From Octopus vulgaris (Eukaryota): DNA of 64,000 nucleotides. How positions within the stretch are numbered: position 1 is the stretch's first letter; each line of letters starts with the position of its first letter. The stretch spans positions 105,772,001-105,836,000 of the forward strand of contig OX597822.1 of assembly GCA_951406725.2 (NCBI GenBank), given 5' to 3'. Both the position numbers and the translations under genes were made by a program. Below, one piece after another: positions 1 to 12,926 of the stretch. Under the pieces are notes generated by a model. The model did no database searches and was not told where the DNA came from. It worked only from the letters and a program-made list of their open reading frames with translations.

Positions 1-189
1 ATATATATATATATGTATACATATATATATATATATCAGCAAAATTTAGATTCAGATGAATATGCTACTTAAGTTAAAGGCACCAGAATTTGGTATGGTA
101 TTCTCCATATAAATAAAATGGGGTGATTATAATCAAAATAAGCAGCAAGGATATCCATACCTTGGATATCGATCTTGCTTATTTTGAGT

Positions 190-245
190 GCATATATATA
201 TATGTGTGTGTGTGTGTGTGTCTCTGTGTGTATGTATATATATAC

Positions 246-288
<43 letters not shown>

Positions 289-293
289 TATAC

Positions 294-362
<69 letters not shown>

Positions 363-400
363 TATATGTATGTATGTATGAAAATATGTATATATGTACG
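190..400. repeat. (TA)n/(TG)n/(TATG)n compound microsatellite, representative of dozens in the window
   Basis: Direct reading. Similar tracts at 7610-8020, 8955-9150, 10655-10860, 27930-28175 and 31310-31410. Confidence 0.95.
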
Positions 401-719
401 TAAGGTTTGTATGTATGAAAAATATATTATTCTACACGGGTAGAAATATACAAAAATGAAGATGAAAATGCATTGCCAGGCTTTTAATTCTAAAGGCTTT
501 ATATGCATGTTTCAAGAGTTATTGCTCTTTCATTAACACCGGATCCACACGGGGGCGTTGCTGATGGAAGAGTATGAAAAGCCTTTTAAATATATACCAT
601 CAGTGCATTTTCAACTTGTATGCATGTATATCTACACATAAATATATATGTTTATATATATGCATGCACGTGTGTATGTGTGGGCTATTATTTATTCATT
701 TTCTGTTGTGTTAAAACAA

Positions 720-1085
720 ATGTTTGTCGGAGCACTGGGATAGATTGTGCCAAGGACTCCAAATTTGCCATCAAGATGTAGGACAAGATACTGTGATAGC
801 TTGGGCTTCCGAGGCCCACATCTCTTCGATATCCTCCCAAAGAACCTAAGAGACCTGCATGGGGTGGATGCAGATGCCTTTAAAATGAAACTGGATCTCT
901 TCTTGTCAGGTATCCCAGATGAACCAACTTCACGGCAGGAGGTGCAGATGAGGGCAGCTGCATCGAACTCTCTCATGCACCAAATGGCAATTGCTAAAAA
1001 ACATTCGTGAAGTAAAATCATGTAGCAACACCAAATGGCGGTGCCCCAGCATGGCCACAGCTTGTGAGCTGAAACTAGATAACTA
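720..1085 (+). mobile_element. CR1-like LINE, 5'-truncated 3' end (ORF2 C-terminus plus 3' UTR)
   Basis: ORF 747-1010 (SLGFRGPHLFDILPKNLR...FKMKLDLFLSGIPDEP...AASNSL) resembles the CR1-group ORF2 C-terminus and is homologous to ORF 29617-30042. A short 3' UTR follows. Confidence 0.75.
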
Positions 1086-1177
1086 AGATTTAAAAAATAG
1101 TCGTTGCTTCTCCACTCATGAGGAATTCTTTCAAATCATTTCTGAATATAATTTTCCTATTATATCACAACTTTATT

Positions 1178-1408
1178 TAACTGACAGAATCGTTAGCATG
1201 CCTGACAAACTAATTAGCGGCATTTCGTCCGTCTCTCGACGATCTGGGTTCAGATTCCAGCGTTGTCGTATTGGCCTTTCGTGGTAGAAAAAATAAGTTC
1301 CAGCTGAATACTAGAATCGATGTAATCGACTCCCCATTCTGCAACTCCTAATGATCATGGCTAGTGCCTATAATAGAAAAACCAATTATTATTATTATTA
1401 TTATTATT
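1178..1408 (+). mobile_element. tRNA-derived SINE family B, degenerate, with (ATT)n tail
   Basis: Aligns to the intact B copies at 19410-19637 and 61969-62200 (cagaatcgttagca...gttc...cgatgtaatcgact). Confidence 0.75.
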
Positions 1409-1409
1409 A

Positions 1410-2260
1410 ACTCACGGCTTATTTTGCTGGGTATGATGGAAAGTGTTAGCTGTCCACAACCAGCAGACTAAGGTGACACTTGTTTACTGGTCATGCTTCA
1501 AGAACTCTGCGAAGAATTCTTGCACCAATAATTTTTAGGCATGTTGGTAGTTGAGTGTTGATACTTCCAAGTGCACCAGTTACTATTGGTATCACGTCTA
1601 CTCTCTTCATTGACAACAACCTTCGTATTTCATTCTTCAAATCGGCATAGTTGTTTATTTTTTCTTCTTTGACATTGATCTTGTTGTCACATAGGCATGC
1701 TATATCGATTATCATACATGTTCTTTCTTTTTATTCACCACAACAATGTCCGGTTTCCGATGGACATTGGTCGGGTGATCGCACTGGATCATTGCATCCT
1801 ACAGGATTTTGTAATTTTCATGTTCAGTGACTCCTTCAGAGGTTCTTTCATACCACGTATTTGCGCTCTGTAGGCCTTGATTTCCACAAAGTACCCAATG
1901 GATCATCCTTGCCACATTCTCATGACGTCTTTCGCGTATTAGCGTTGTGCCAATTTCGGGCATTCGCTAACGATGTGCCATACCTTTTCACCCCTCTTAC
2001 CACACATTCTGCATTTGTCGCTATCGGTATAGTGTCATCTTTTTTACACTTCACATAGTTGGTCCTTAACGCTTGAACCTGATCTGTGCATATGAGTGCT
2101 TGTGTCTCTATCTTCAGGTTACTCTTCCTCGTCCATAGTCACCGGTCCTCTGTGTCTGTCTTGGCATCCACATCTCTTGCAAACTGACTTTATATTTTGT
2201 TTTCTTTCCATTTTTTCTTTTGGTTTATTTCTTATTTATATTTTTCTTTCGTTACACAAT
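1410..2260 (-). mobile_element. R4/Dong-type (RLE) non-LTR retrotransposon, 3' fragment
   Basis: Minus strand encodes a CCHC knuckle region (CRMCGKRG..WHIVSECPKLAQ..RRHENVA) and the RLE motif IIDIAC..D...EEKINNYADLK..IPIVTGALG (ORF 1491-1715). It ends at (TAA)n. Confidence 0.85.
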
Positions 2261-2351
2261 TTTCAGTGCTAATTGACTGGCCCCCTCCCCCCAAATTTTA
2301 GGCCTCGTGCCTATAGTAGAAATGATTATTATCATTACTACAACTACAACA

Positions 2352-2394
<43 letters not shown>

Positions 2395-2436
2395 GCATCA
2401 ACATTAGAATCATTTGTAAGTACAATAATTATTTCA

Positions 2437-2860
2437 TTCTTTTACTTGTTTCAGTCATTTAACTGCGGCCATGCTGGAGCACCGCCTTTAGTCGAGCAAA
2501 TCGACCCCAGGACTTATTCTTTGTAAGCTTAGTACTTATTCTATCGCTCTCTTTTGCCGAACCGCTATGTTACGAGGGACGTAAACACACCAGCATCGGT
2601 TGTCAAGCGATGTTGGGGGAGGGACAAACAGACACACAAACATATATACATACACATATAGATATATACATACACATATAGATATATACATATATACGAC
2701 GGGTTTCTTTTAGTTTCCATCTACCAAATCCACTCACAAGTCTTTGGTCGGCCTGAGGCTATAGTAGAAGACACTCACCCAAGGTGCCACGCAGTGGGAC
2801 TGAACCATGAATCATGTAGTTGTTAAGAAAGCTACTTACCACACAGCCACTCCTGCGCCT
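2437..2860 (-). mobile_element. tRNA-derived SINE family A, full length
   Basis: Minus strand has A-box tggctgtgtgg, B-box ggttcagtccc, a CORE-like gtggcaccttggg segment, an internal (TA/CA) tract and tail ggcggtgctccagcatggccgcag. Several copies in the window. Confidence 0.9.
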
Positions 2861-3616
2861 ATTAAGATACATAAGATACATTAAGATACAATAAAGATAC
2901 ATATTCTCTTATTTTTCCATTTCTTCAACCTGAATTTCACGTCACTTCATCATAGTACAACCATTAATATCGTTCATGAACCTATCAAATAACAGTAAAT
3001 CTGCTTTTCCTTTTTACTGTTATAAATTGTGTTTCGTGTCAATTCAAGACATTTATGTCTAATGGAATTGGAGTATAAGTCTAAACATAACATATTACCT
3101 ACTTCAGGCAAGTTTTCCTGTTCATTCGCGTTAAGATGTTTTATAGGAATATTAAATCGGCTCTAATACACAACTCCAAACCCTATTTTTCGAAATATGA
3201 AGAATAAAAAAACAAAACTGACCTAAAAGTGATTTGAAGCTATAAACAGTACATGCTTAACTCGATGTTCTTCTGTTCATATAATTATAATTAATTATAG
3301 TATTCTGGCTACAGCAGAAGCAGATTTAATTAAATAGTTGTGAGCAGCTGTTTAAAATTTCCTGAAGTTTGATGTAGTGAACTTTGGTGAAAGTTGTGTG
3401 TAAAATGGATAATGGTCACATAAATGAGAAACGGCAATGAGAAACGGGGAACAGAGACCATGAATGTTCAAATTCAATAGATGAATGCTTATGTCTTTGC
3501 GTACGTATGTATGTGTATATGTCCTTAAATATCTATCTCTCTATATGTATGTAAATGTATACAGATTGAATGATACACACACATACACACATATTACAGA
3601 CATCTCTAACTCGGTA

Positions 3617-4003
3617 TCTCTCTATATATAAACGGCAGTTTGTCTGTGCGTGTTTCTGTGTGTCTGTTAGGTTGTACCCTCACCCTGACCACGGCTTTCA
3701 ACCGATTCTGATGAAACTTGATACATACATAGCCCAATGTCATAATTCAAAACTAACGCAGCGAAAATTTTGAAAAGTTCCCCCAGTTCTGAAAAAAATC
3801 GATAAATTCGACATGGGGTCGAGAATCAGAAACACAAACCACAGACTGTCTAGGGTACGCAACTCGACCTTTTTTAACTCTCAAAAAAAAAATTTACCAT
3901 CATTTTTTTTCCATTTTTTTGCTATTTTTTGGCTATAACTCTCTAAAAATGCTTTATAGTTATTTCCCTTACAAACCTGAGCAACGCCGGGCGATACTGC
4001 TAG
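3617..4003 (+). mobile_element. Non-autonomous Helitron-like element
   Basis: 5' TC(tctctatatataa), 3' CTAG preceded by GC-rich hairpin cctgagcaacgccggg, inserted between A and T with no TSD. Near-identical copy at 61108-61493. Confidence 0.85.
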
Positions 4004-4529
4004 TAGTCATATAAAACAGCAGAACGATCGGGTATTTTACACTTATATGTTAATTTACAACATTTTGCTGCATTCCAAAAGCTATCATAATGTAGCATTA
4101 CTATTGAGATACCCCTCAGACACCAACTGAGTAGAGTATTCAGCCGGTATCTGAGGGGTGTGAGGTCGATTCCAGTCGCGGTCTGCTGACAAATGTTTCT
4201 GTCTTATAAGGGTAAAATAGTCAAATCTTCTGTTGTTTTCATGGCTATACTACGTTTGAAATTTAATTTCTTATCTGTAAAATACGAAGCACGTTCGACG
4301 CTTCCAAAGTTTGTTTACAGATTATATATATATATATATTTGTATGTATATATATATATTTGTATGCTTGTACGTATGCCTGTGTGTATAAATGTGAACA
4401 GAGAGAGAAGAAAAGTAGGAGATGGAGAGGAAGTGATGCTGTAATAATCAAGATAGATAAAGATATTGATAAAATCTCAAAGCTTATTCCTGATAATCAT
4501 ATCTATTTATCTATCTAGCTATATATATG

Positions 4530-4564
<35 letters not shown>

Positions 4565-4732
4565 ATATATATACGGAGAGAGACACAGAGCGTGTGCATA
4601 TATATGTTTCTCTACCTATCTATCAATATGCGTGTATGTGTGAGTGAGTGTATGTGTATATATATATGCGTGTGTGTATATATATGGAAAGAGAGAGGGT
4701 GAGGAAGGGGAGAGAAAGATGCAATACATATA

Positions 4733-5015
4733 TGTGAAGGCACATGGATTAGTGGTTAGGCCGTTGCACTCACGATTGGGTTTGATTCCCAGGCCGGGCG
4801 TTGAGTTGTGTGCTTGAGCAAAGCGCTTCATTTCACGTTGCTCTATGAGAACTTCGTCATTTGACGTGTGGCACCCGTTGCACCCGTACTGGTTATGTCG
4901 ATCTGATAGTGGCAGTGAGCTTATGTCTACACAAAAATTTGATCACTATAACCAAATCATCAGTGTCATTGTTCGGTAAGAAATTCTCCAGCCCTAACGA
5001 CATAAGAGTCCATCC
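4733..5015 (+). mobile_element. tRNA-derived SINE, C-type head, degenerate
   Basis: A-box tggattagtgg, B-box ggtttgattccc and the shared segment ttgagcaaagc..catttcacgttgctc. Confidence 0.75.
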
Positions 5016-5016
5016 T

Positions 5017-5103
<87 letters not shown>

Positions 5104-5670
5104 AGTTGAATGAATTATCTTAGTATGGATAATTCGGTTAACCGATACCTGGGTAGCAAATTCACGTCAGAAAAACACGGTTGAAACTACATGCCAAGGG
5201 CAGAGATCACGTGCTTTCGTGTGGAAATTTGTGTGTGTTTTTTTAATACAAATAAATGAAAGAATGGAGTTGAACGACGATTTAACAAAACATATGTCGA
5301 GAATAAAGGAATTTTGTTAAATCGTCGTTCAACTCCATTCTTTCATTTATTTGTATATATATATATACACACACGCATATATATATATATATATATGCGT
5401 GTGTGTATGTGTATTTGTAACGGTTATTAGTAATGGTCTTTTCTTACTTAGGCATCACATTAGTTTTTGTAAAGCAATGGCGCAACCACCTGGTTTCATA
5501 TCTAGCGTGAACAAGACAAATCTTCAGTTTCTCTAAACTGAATGTTTACCTTAAATATGAAGCCAATGGTGGGGGTTTTTTTCTAAAATTGTTACCTTAC
5601 ACATACAGAAATAAACAACTTCTCTATATTTTATAGGGCATGCTGTTTTTTCTGATTAATGATCTTATAA

Positions 5671-5736
<66 letters not shown>

Positions 5737-6029
5737 AGGTATATATATCTATATCTATATATATGTATGGTATAAGATGCATATAAACAGAGAGTTCATA
5801 TATTGTTCATAATTTGTACTCTCCTCTTGTTTAAATAACATAAATTATCATGTTTTATGCAATTCTGCAAAATAATAATAAGATATATGTATTTAATTAC
5901 TTTAGAAGTGATGTGATACAAATATCCTCGAGAGAATATCTACGGTAGTCAGGAAACTGTAAATGATTTAAATACAGAGAGAGAGAAAATTTTTGGTGCT
6001 GCCAATGATGGTTGTAGCCAAGTGAATAC

Positions 6030-6096
<67 letters not shown>

Positions 6097-6110
6097 CCTA
6101 TCTATCTATC

Positions 6111-6144
<34 letters not shown>

Positions 6145-6291
6145 AATAATTATATATGTGTGTGTGTAAATATATATATATATATATATATGTGTGTGTA
6201 TGTGTGTATGTGTGTATGTATGAATTATGCATCATTTATGTATCTCTGTGTTTGTATATATTTATATATATATACATATATTTGTATAATC

Positions 6292-6581
6292 GTATTTTTA
6301 TATAGGCTTAAAGCTTCTGTCGATCACCGTGCAATGACAAAGTAAAATCGTCTAATAAAGAGGTATATAAGCCCTCGGCAGAAAAAGAAGGCTTTCGCAT
6401 CCGCGAGGGAAACAAACCCACATCCCTTTGTTAACGCGACTAAGTGTGTTACCTTTACACGCGGATAGGAATAAGAAAGCCTCGTTTTTTCCTGTCCTGG
6501 GCTTAAAAGCCCCTTTATTAGACCATTTTCCATAGTCATTACACGGTGATCGCCTTAAGCTCTAAACTTACATAAAAATAC
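6292..6581. repeat. Imperfect fold-back element with ~105-bp inverted arms
   Basis: 6292-6395 is the diverged reverse complement of 6476-6581 (for example cgatcaccgtgcaatgac / gtcattacacggtgatcg). Confidence 0.85.
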
Positions 6582-7616
6582 CATTACTTTTATTTAAGAT
6601 AGCGCTGTATAAAAAAGTGTATTCACACTGAAAGCATATATGTGTATGATAATATACATATATTTGTATGTATATATATATGTTTGTACGTGTGTCTGTA
6701 TGCATAAATGTGAACAGAGAGAGAGAGTGAGAAGGAGTGAAAGGGAATGAGGAAGGTGGAGATTGAGTGATGATGCGATAATTAAAGATGTGTGGTAATC
6801 ATATCTTGCCAATAATCATATCTTGCCATTTGCAGGTGTAATAATCCTATGGCAAAAAGTATTACAAATATTAGGAGAGAACAATTAAATGATAAAAAAA
6901 TCTCACTTAATTTAAAAGAAATATTTCGTTATAAACATACATCTTATCTTGTTGCAGCTTTGTTAAATCTACCAAGGGTCAGGAAAACATCCCCTCCCCC
7001 CCCCCCAGCCTTTCAACAAAAGTCAGTACTATTGACGACAAATTTAAGCGTCTTCTCTTACCAAGGAAGAGATACAATGAAATGAAAATTTCCTGGAGAC
7101 AGACGGCGGAAGAATTCTAAGATATCGGAATATTAATGAAACCAATTTTAATAAATATAAAAGCTCATTGATGTGTACGTATAATTATTAGATTAATATA
7201 TACTGGGGAATGTTATTCTTATAAAAGTAAATGGAATATAATTACATATTCCAAAGTAGAATAAACTGACTGTCCAGTTGCTTAAGCATCGAACAAATTA
7301 CTCGACTTAATCGCTTTGTTCTATATAGAAGCAAGAAGATACAATAAGGGTTATTACTGAAACGAACGAGAAAACTGTATTCAAACTAAGTATTAAACCG
7401 CATCTAAATACTATTTAGATGCAAGACCGCATTTATCCATAAAAGGAATGACTCCATTAACGCGTCCGATGTCGTCTTATTTCGAATGGCTGCAACAACG
7501 ATGGAAAGTTCAAATGACATATCAATTACGCAAAAGAATTCCAATTTGATAACATCTAAACGTTTTTTACATTTTAGTTCTTGCCTTTGTCAGGTTTACA
7601 GTTGGCATATTATATA

Positions 7617-7684
<68 letters not shown>

Positions 7685-7748
7685 TGTATGTATGTATGTA
7701 TGTATGTATGTATGTATATATGTATATGTATATGTATATATATATATG

Positions 7749-7860
<112 letters not shown>

Positions 7861-7948
7861 TCTACATAGATATATACATAGATATATACACCATACACAA
7901 ACACACACATATATATATAAATATATATATACACATATATCTACATAG

Positions 7949-8018
<70 letters not shown>

Positions 8019-8257
8019 GCACAGACATATACGCTTCATTTTATGTACGTTTATTTCAAGTTTCTAATATGAAGTCCTAATGACATGTCATTCCTGTTTT
8101 TTTTATTCTTTCCATATTGATGTCTCTCTCTCCCTTGTTCCCTTTTGACGCTCCTTCACACTGGCTTTTATTCTCCCCTTTTGCCATACCCTCTTCTAAT
8201 ATTTTTTCGATTTAACTTAAAACATTCCTTTTTATATATACTTACCTGTATTATCTT

Positions 8258-8300
<43 letters not shown>

Positions 8301-8502
8301 GTACATACATACATATAAATAAATATATATGCATATATATATATATGTCTATATATACATACCTATATTATATACCGATATATATATATATATATGTGTG
8401 TGTCTGAGTGTGTATGTGTGTCTATATTTACAGATATGCATACATGTATCTATATACATAGGCATATATGTAATGCACGGTTAGAATTGGCTATGCATAT
8501 AC

Positions 8503-8552
<50 letters not shown>

Positions 8553-8952
8553 GTTGGCATATTGCATATTTATGTATAGGTGCATATTTTTGATAAGTAC
8601 TATGAGAGAGAATACACACGCGCACACATACACGCAGGCATACACACAAACACATACATACGCAAACAAAGAACAAGGGGGTTGAACGAGAAAAAAAATA
8701 GTCTTAGACAAAAGTTGTGAAGAGATATATATATGCATAGACAATGGAAAACTAAGAAGAGAAAGCATGAACAGGAGAAATAAAGTAACAGTAAATGAAA
8801 GGAATGTAAGAAAATATAGAAAGCAAATCTTAATAACGTGTCGTGGTATCTACTTCACAGACTAAACTTTCACACTTCCACTGTCCTTATTTATCCCAAA
8901 CGCCAACCTTGCCACTCGCTCAGTTTATCTTCGCCATTTTCTTACGCCATTT

Positions 8953-8996
<44 letters not shown>

Positions 8997-8999
8997 TAT

Positions 9000-9069
<70 letters not shown>

Positions 9070-9249
9070 TCATATGTATATATGTATATATATACATATA
9101 TATAAGTATATATGTATATGTATACATACGTACATATATACTTATATATATAGGCTTGCTTTTTCTCAGTATCTACATGCACATACGTTTTTACAGACAG
9201 GAACATATGAGCACAGAAGTGTATACGTGTATATTCACAAGAAATAAGG

Positions 9250-9335
9250 ATGAGGATGACGACTATGATGATGGTGATGATAATGATGATAATGATAACA
9301 ACAACAACAACAACAACAGCAATAATAATAATAAC

Positions 9336-9400
<65 letters not shown>

Positions 9401-9480
9401 TGATGATGATAATAATAAGAGTAAGAAGAAGAAAAAGAAGAAGATGATGATGAAGAAGGAAAATAATGATGATGATGGTG
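9250..9480. repeat. Trinucleotide microsatellite cluster (GAT/CAA/AAT/AAG)n
   Basis: Direct reading. Similar tracts at 16990-17110, 22310-22530, 23730-23985, 24730-24840, 25028-25265 and 37940-38172. Confidence 0.95.
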
Positions 9481-10651
9481 ATGTAGAAGGAGGGAAAAAT
9501 GAAAGGAAAGAGAAAAACAAGAACAAGTAATTCTGGTTTTTATTATTATTATTATGAGGAGGAGGAGGTGGAGGATGATGAGGGAAAGGAGCAGCAGGAG
9601 CTAGGAGGAGAATAAGGAGATGGGAAGCGAAGAATAAAGGAGAGAGAAAGGGAGAATAAGGAGAAGGGAGGGGAAGATGAGGAGTAGATGATGATGAGGA
9701 GGGTATGGTGTGGTGGGGTGGGGTTGGACGTCATCGTGGTGATGTGTAGAAACGAAAGAAGAAGAAATAGAAGAAATTTGAATACATATAAGAACGACAA
9801 CAACAGTAGCAGGAGCAACATATAGAGAGAGAAGAAGAGAGAGAAAGAGAGAAAGAGAGAAAGAGAGAGAGAGAGGTTGATAGAGGGAAACGCAACGCAA
9901 ACAAAAGTGGAGCTTGTGAAGGTTTCACAATCTCAAACTTTTTCAAAGTAATTTTCTAGTCAAATATTTTCATGTTGATAGTTCGATAGGTTTTTGGAAT
10001 TAGAAACTGAATGTGAGGCAAAGAAGTAGTTGTGTTTAAGATAAGCATAGGTTTTTGGATGAATAGCAAAGCAATTTCTGTGAAAATGTCTCTGAGGTAT
10101 ATATCTCAGGAAGACGTGAACTTGTAACAATAATAACATGTTATATAGACAGGAAAAAAAAACCCATTCAGAATCGCAGAGCAAAAGAGAAAAAAAAAAT
10201 CGATAAATCTCAGTTTAAACAACAGCTAAAGGCTGATGGATTTTAAGATTATATCACTTTAAATGTACAAGGTAGATATTTTCATATATGCATATATATA
10301 TATATATTCATACACCGAATGTGTATTCTGTTCTAGAATTAATTTAGTAAGATCGTAAAGAAACTGTTTGTTTCAACAAATTTTGATTTATTAAATGATA
10401 ACGCATTTAAATGTACTTGGGAGTGTTTATTGAGGTCACATAGTTAACTTTAATATCATCTACTAGTAGAGGTTTTATGATACTTTAATTCTATATCATA
10501 CTCCAGACAAATGGTTTATTAGTTTATGTTTTGATGTAAGTTTATGTTGCTGAGACTAAATTCTATAATATATCCAATAGAGTTGTAATATAGTCTCTGA
10601 TACAGAGCACGTTTGTAACCCTAGTAATATGTTAATGTAGGTCTCGTAATA

Positions 10652-10705
<54 letters not shown>

Positions 10706-10716
10706 GTGTCTATATC

Positions 10717-10754
<38 letters not shown>

Positions 10755-10796
10755 CATACATACATACATACATACATACATACATGCATACATACA

Positions 10797-10832
<36 letters not shown>

Positions 10833-10861
10833 TATATGTGTGTGTATGTATGTATGTATGC

Positions 10862-11033
10862 ATGCTGTGTGCTGAAAAGTTCTTAACTTCGTGTAAAAAA
10901 TACATGATGGTCAGTTAATTAATGATTTTATTCAACATATTCCCCACTTAGTTTCACACACTTACTGTTGGAAAGTTGGGCCTGTAACCAGGTTTTATAC
11001 GACCCTTAAATCCAAGAAGTTTTCAGCACACCT

Positions 11034-11037
<4 letters not shown>
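10862..11037. mobile_element. Mariner-type MITE, degenerate
   Basis: Terminal inverted repeats gtgtgctgaaaagttct / agaagttttcagcacac. The internal sequence resembles 47127-47339. Confidence 0.7.
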
Positions 11038-11069
<32 letters not shown>

Positions 11070-11074
11070 AATAT

Positions 11075-11497
11075 ATAAGGTAGAAAGTATGGTGGGTGAT
11101 AACAAATTGTTGAATATTTACGGAAAAAATATTTGGACCTCGACACAAGTACGAATAAATAAAGAGGCTGCATTGGTCGAAAAATATAAGCCCCAATTAA
11201 ATATAAAACCCATATTGAAAATTAAAGATTTAAACCAAGTATAGACCAATTTTACCTCCCCTCTACTGAGAAATACCTTGGTTACTAATTATCCCCACCT
11301 AGCAAAAAAGAAAATTGCTAATTAAAAAATTCATCCCAAACTCATGATTTCAAAAGCGATAGTGACACCGGTTATTATGTTGGAAGAAAAAACTTACTTT
11401 GTAAAATACTGTATAATATTTTTGCTATTATGAATGGAATATATTTTTTAGTCCAGTAAATCAAATCTTCTGTGTTTTATCATCTTATCTGCTTCCA
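11075..11497 (+). mobile_element. Penelope-like element 3' fragment (GIY-YIG C-terminus plus UTR)
   Basis: ORF 11038-11244 contains RINKEAALVEKYKPQLN, resembling the R..KE...I....P.LN end of the Penelope GIY-YIG endonuclease. Flanked by TA runs. Confidence 0.6.
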
Positions 11498-11677
11498 TAT
11501 ATATACACACACACAAAACATGGGGGTTTAGTTCACAAGGAAGCTTAACGGCTTGCCAGGCCTCCTAGGTTATAGCAAAGACAGGAATTATGGAACCCTT
11601 TTAGATTTCCGATATAGCGTATATATAATTGCTAAAAAGGACAACAAACGTTAAGCCATGACAAACATTTCATAGTC

Positions 11678-11729
<52 letters not shown>

Positions 11730-11733
<4 letters not shown>

Positions 11734-12060
11734 TCAGTGGTTAGAGCGTCGAGCTCACGATCGTGAGGTTGTGAGCTCGAATCCCGGACCGGGCTGCGTG
11801 TTGTGTTTTTGAGCAAGGCACTTTATTTCACGTTGCTCCAGTTCACTCAGCTGTAGAAATGAGTTGCGACGTCACTGGTGCCAAGCTGTATCGACCTTTG
11901 TCTTTCCCTTGGATAACACTGGTGGCGTGGAGAGGGGAGGCCGGTATGCATGGGCGACTGCTGGTCTTCCATAAACAACCTTGCCCGGACTTGTGTCTAG
12001 GAGGGTAACTTTCTAGGTGCAATCCCATGGTCATTCATGACCGAAGGGGGTCTTTACCCT
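11730..12060 (+). mobile_element. tRNA-derived SINE family C
   Basis: A-box tggctcagtgg, B-box-like gagctcgaatccc, and a tail ending catgaccgaagggggtc. Copies at 30971-31310 and 41811-42752. Confidence 0.9.
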
Positions 12061-12142
12061 TTATATATATATACCAATCTGTGTGTATGTTCAATTGTGA
12101 ATGTTCACATACTTATCTACATACACACGCACACGTATATAT

Positions 12143-12260
12143 GTGACCACCATGACCGACCAGGCTATCAGATGCTGCTTCACATCGCTGGTCACAATGC
12201 ACGTTGCACTGTTTTAGCCTTCAAATGACGCCACCCCGCTGGCTAAGCAAGCAGGCCAAA
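12143..12260 (-). mobile_element. SINE tail module T2 (5'-truncated copy)
   Basis: Reverse complement of the tail at 48605-48720. Confidence 0.8.
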
Positions 12261-12317
<57 letters not shown>

Positions 12318-12926
12318 AATATTTATAACGGCTCCCACTTTTATTGACCGTATTTGAACTGATAATTAGAAACGTAATGCGTAGGAAAAGGACCTTTAGA
12401 ACTTCCATCTAAAGAAATATACTTTATTATAACTCTAGTGTAGAATGTGTTCGTTATCGTATCTTCCTAGTTTACACTTTGTGTTTGTGAGTCTACTGAC
12501 AGCTACACATTGCAACATACACACGGACACGCGCTGGCCCGCATGCAAAGAGGGAGAGAGAGAGAGAGAGAGGAAGGGAGAGATATTTGTTTTGCAAGAT
12601 TCTTGATTTGAAAACGTGTGGTGAAACATATTGTTATCCTTAGAGATGGTCACATTTTGGCATTTATTTGATCTTTAGTATAGTTTTCAGGAATTAGAAT
12701 GTGTGCAGAAAGATCTTTGAGAGACAAATAAATTTAAAATAATACGAAAATATACTAAATAGTGCGTGTATTTAATTAGCAAATGATTCCCATCCTCATA
12801 TATAGCAATATGTTATACATATAAATATGTTTAATGTTTAATGTGTGTGCTGCTTGTTTGAGATAGTGTTGTCAAAAACGTACTCAATTTAGCGAGGCAT
12901 AACAGTTACTCAATACAGGAACATAC

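Noticed and set aside
69-508. YI/CV/LSIY/poly-residue ORFs here and throughout the window
   Set aside because: They are stop-free translations of (TA)n, (TG)n, (GATA)n and trinucleotide microsatellites.
7380-7422. Short palindrome gcatctaaata-c-tatttagatgc
   Set aside because: 11-bp AT-rich arms with no supporting context, so plausibly chance or slippage.
7486-7610. ORF start [13 protein letters not shown]
   Set aside because: No recognisable domain, weak splice context, and it runs into a microsatellite.
11730-11800. Possible genuine tRNA genes (also 17853, 22592, 51535, 63142)
   Set aside because: A and B boxes are present, but there is no convincing acceptor stem and each runs into a repeated SINE body.
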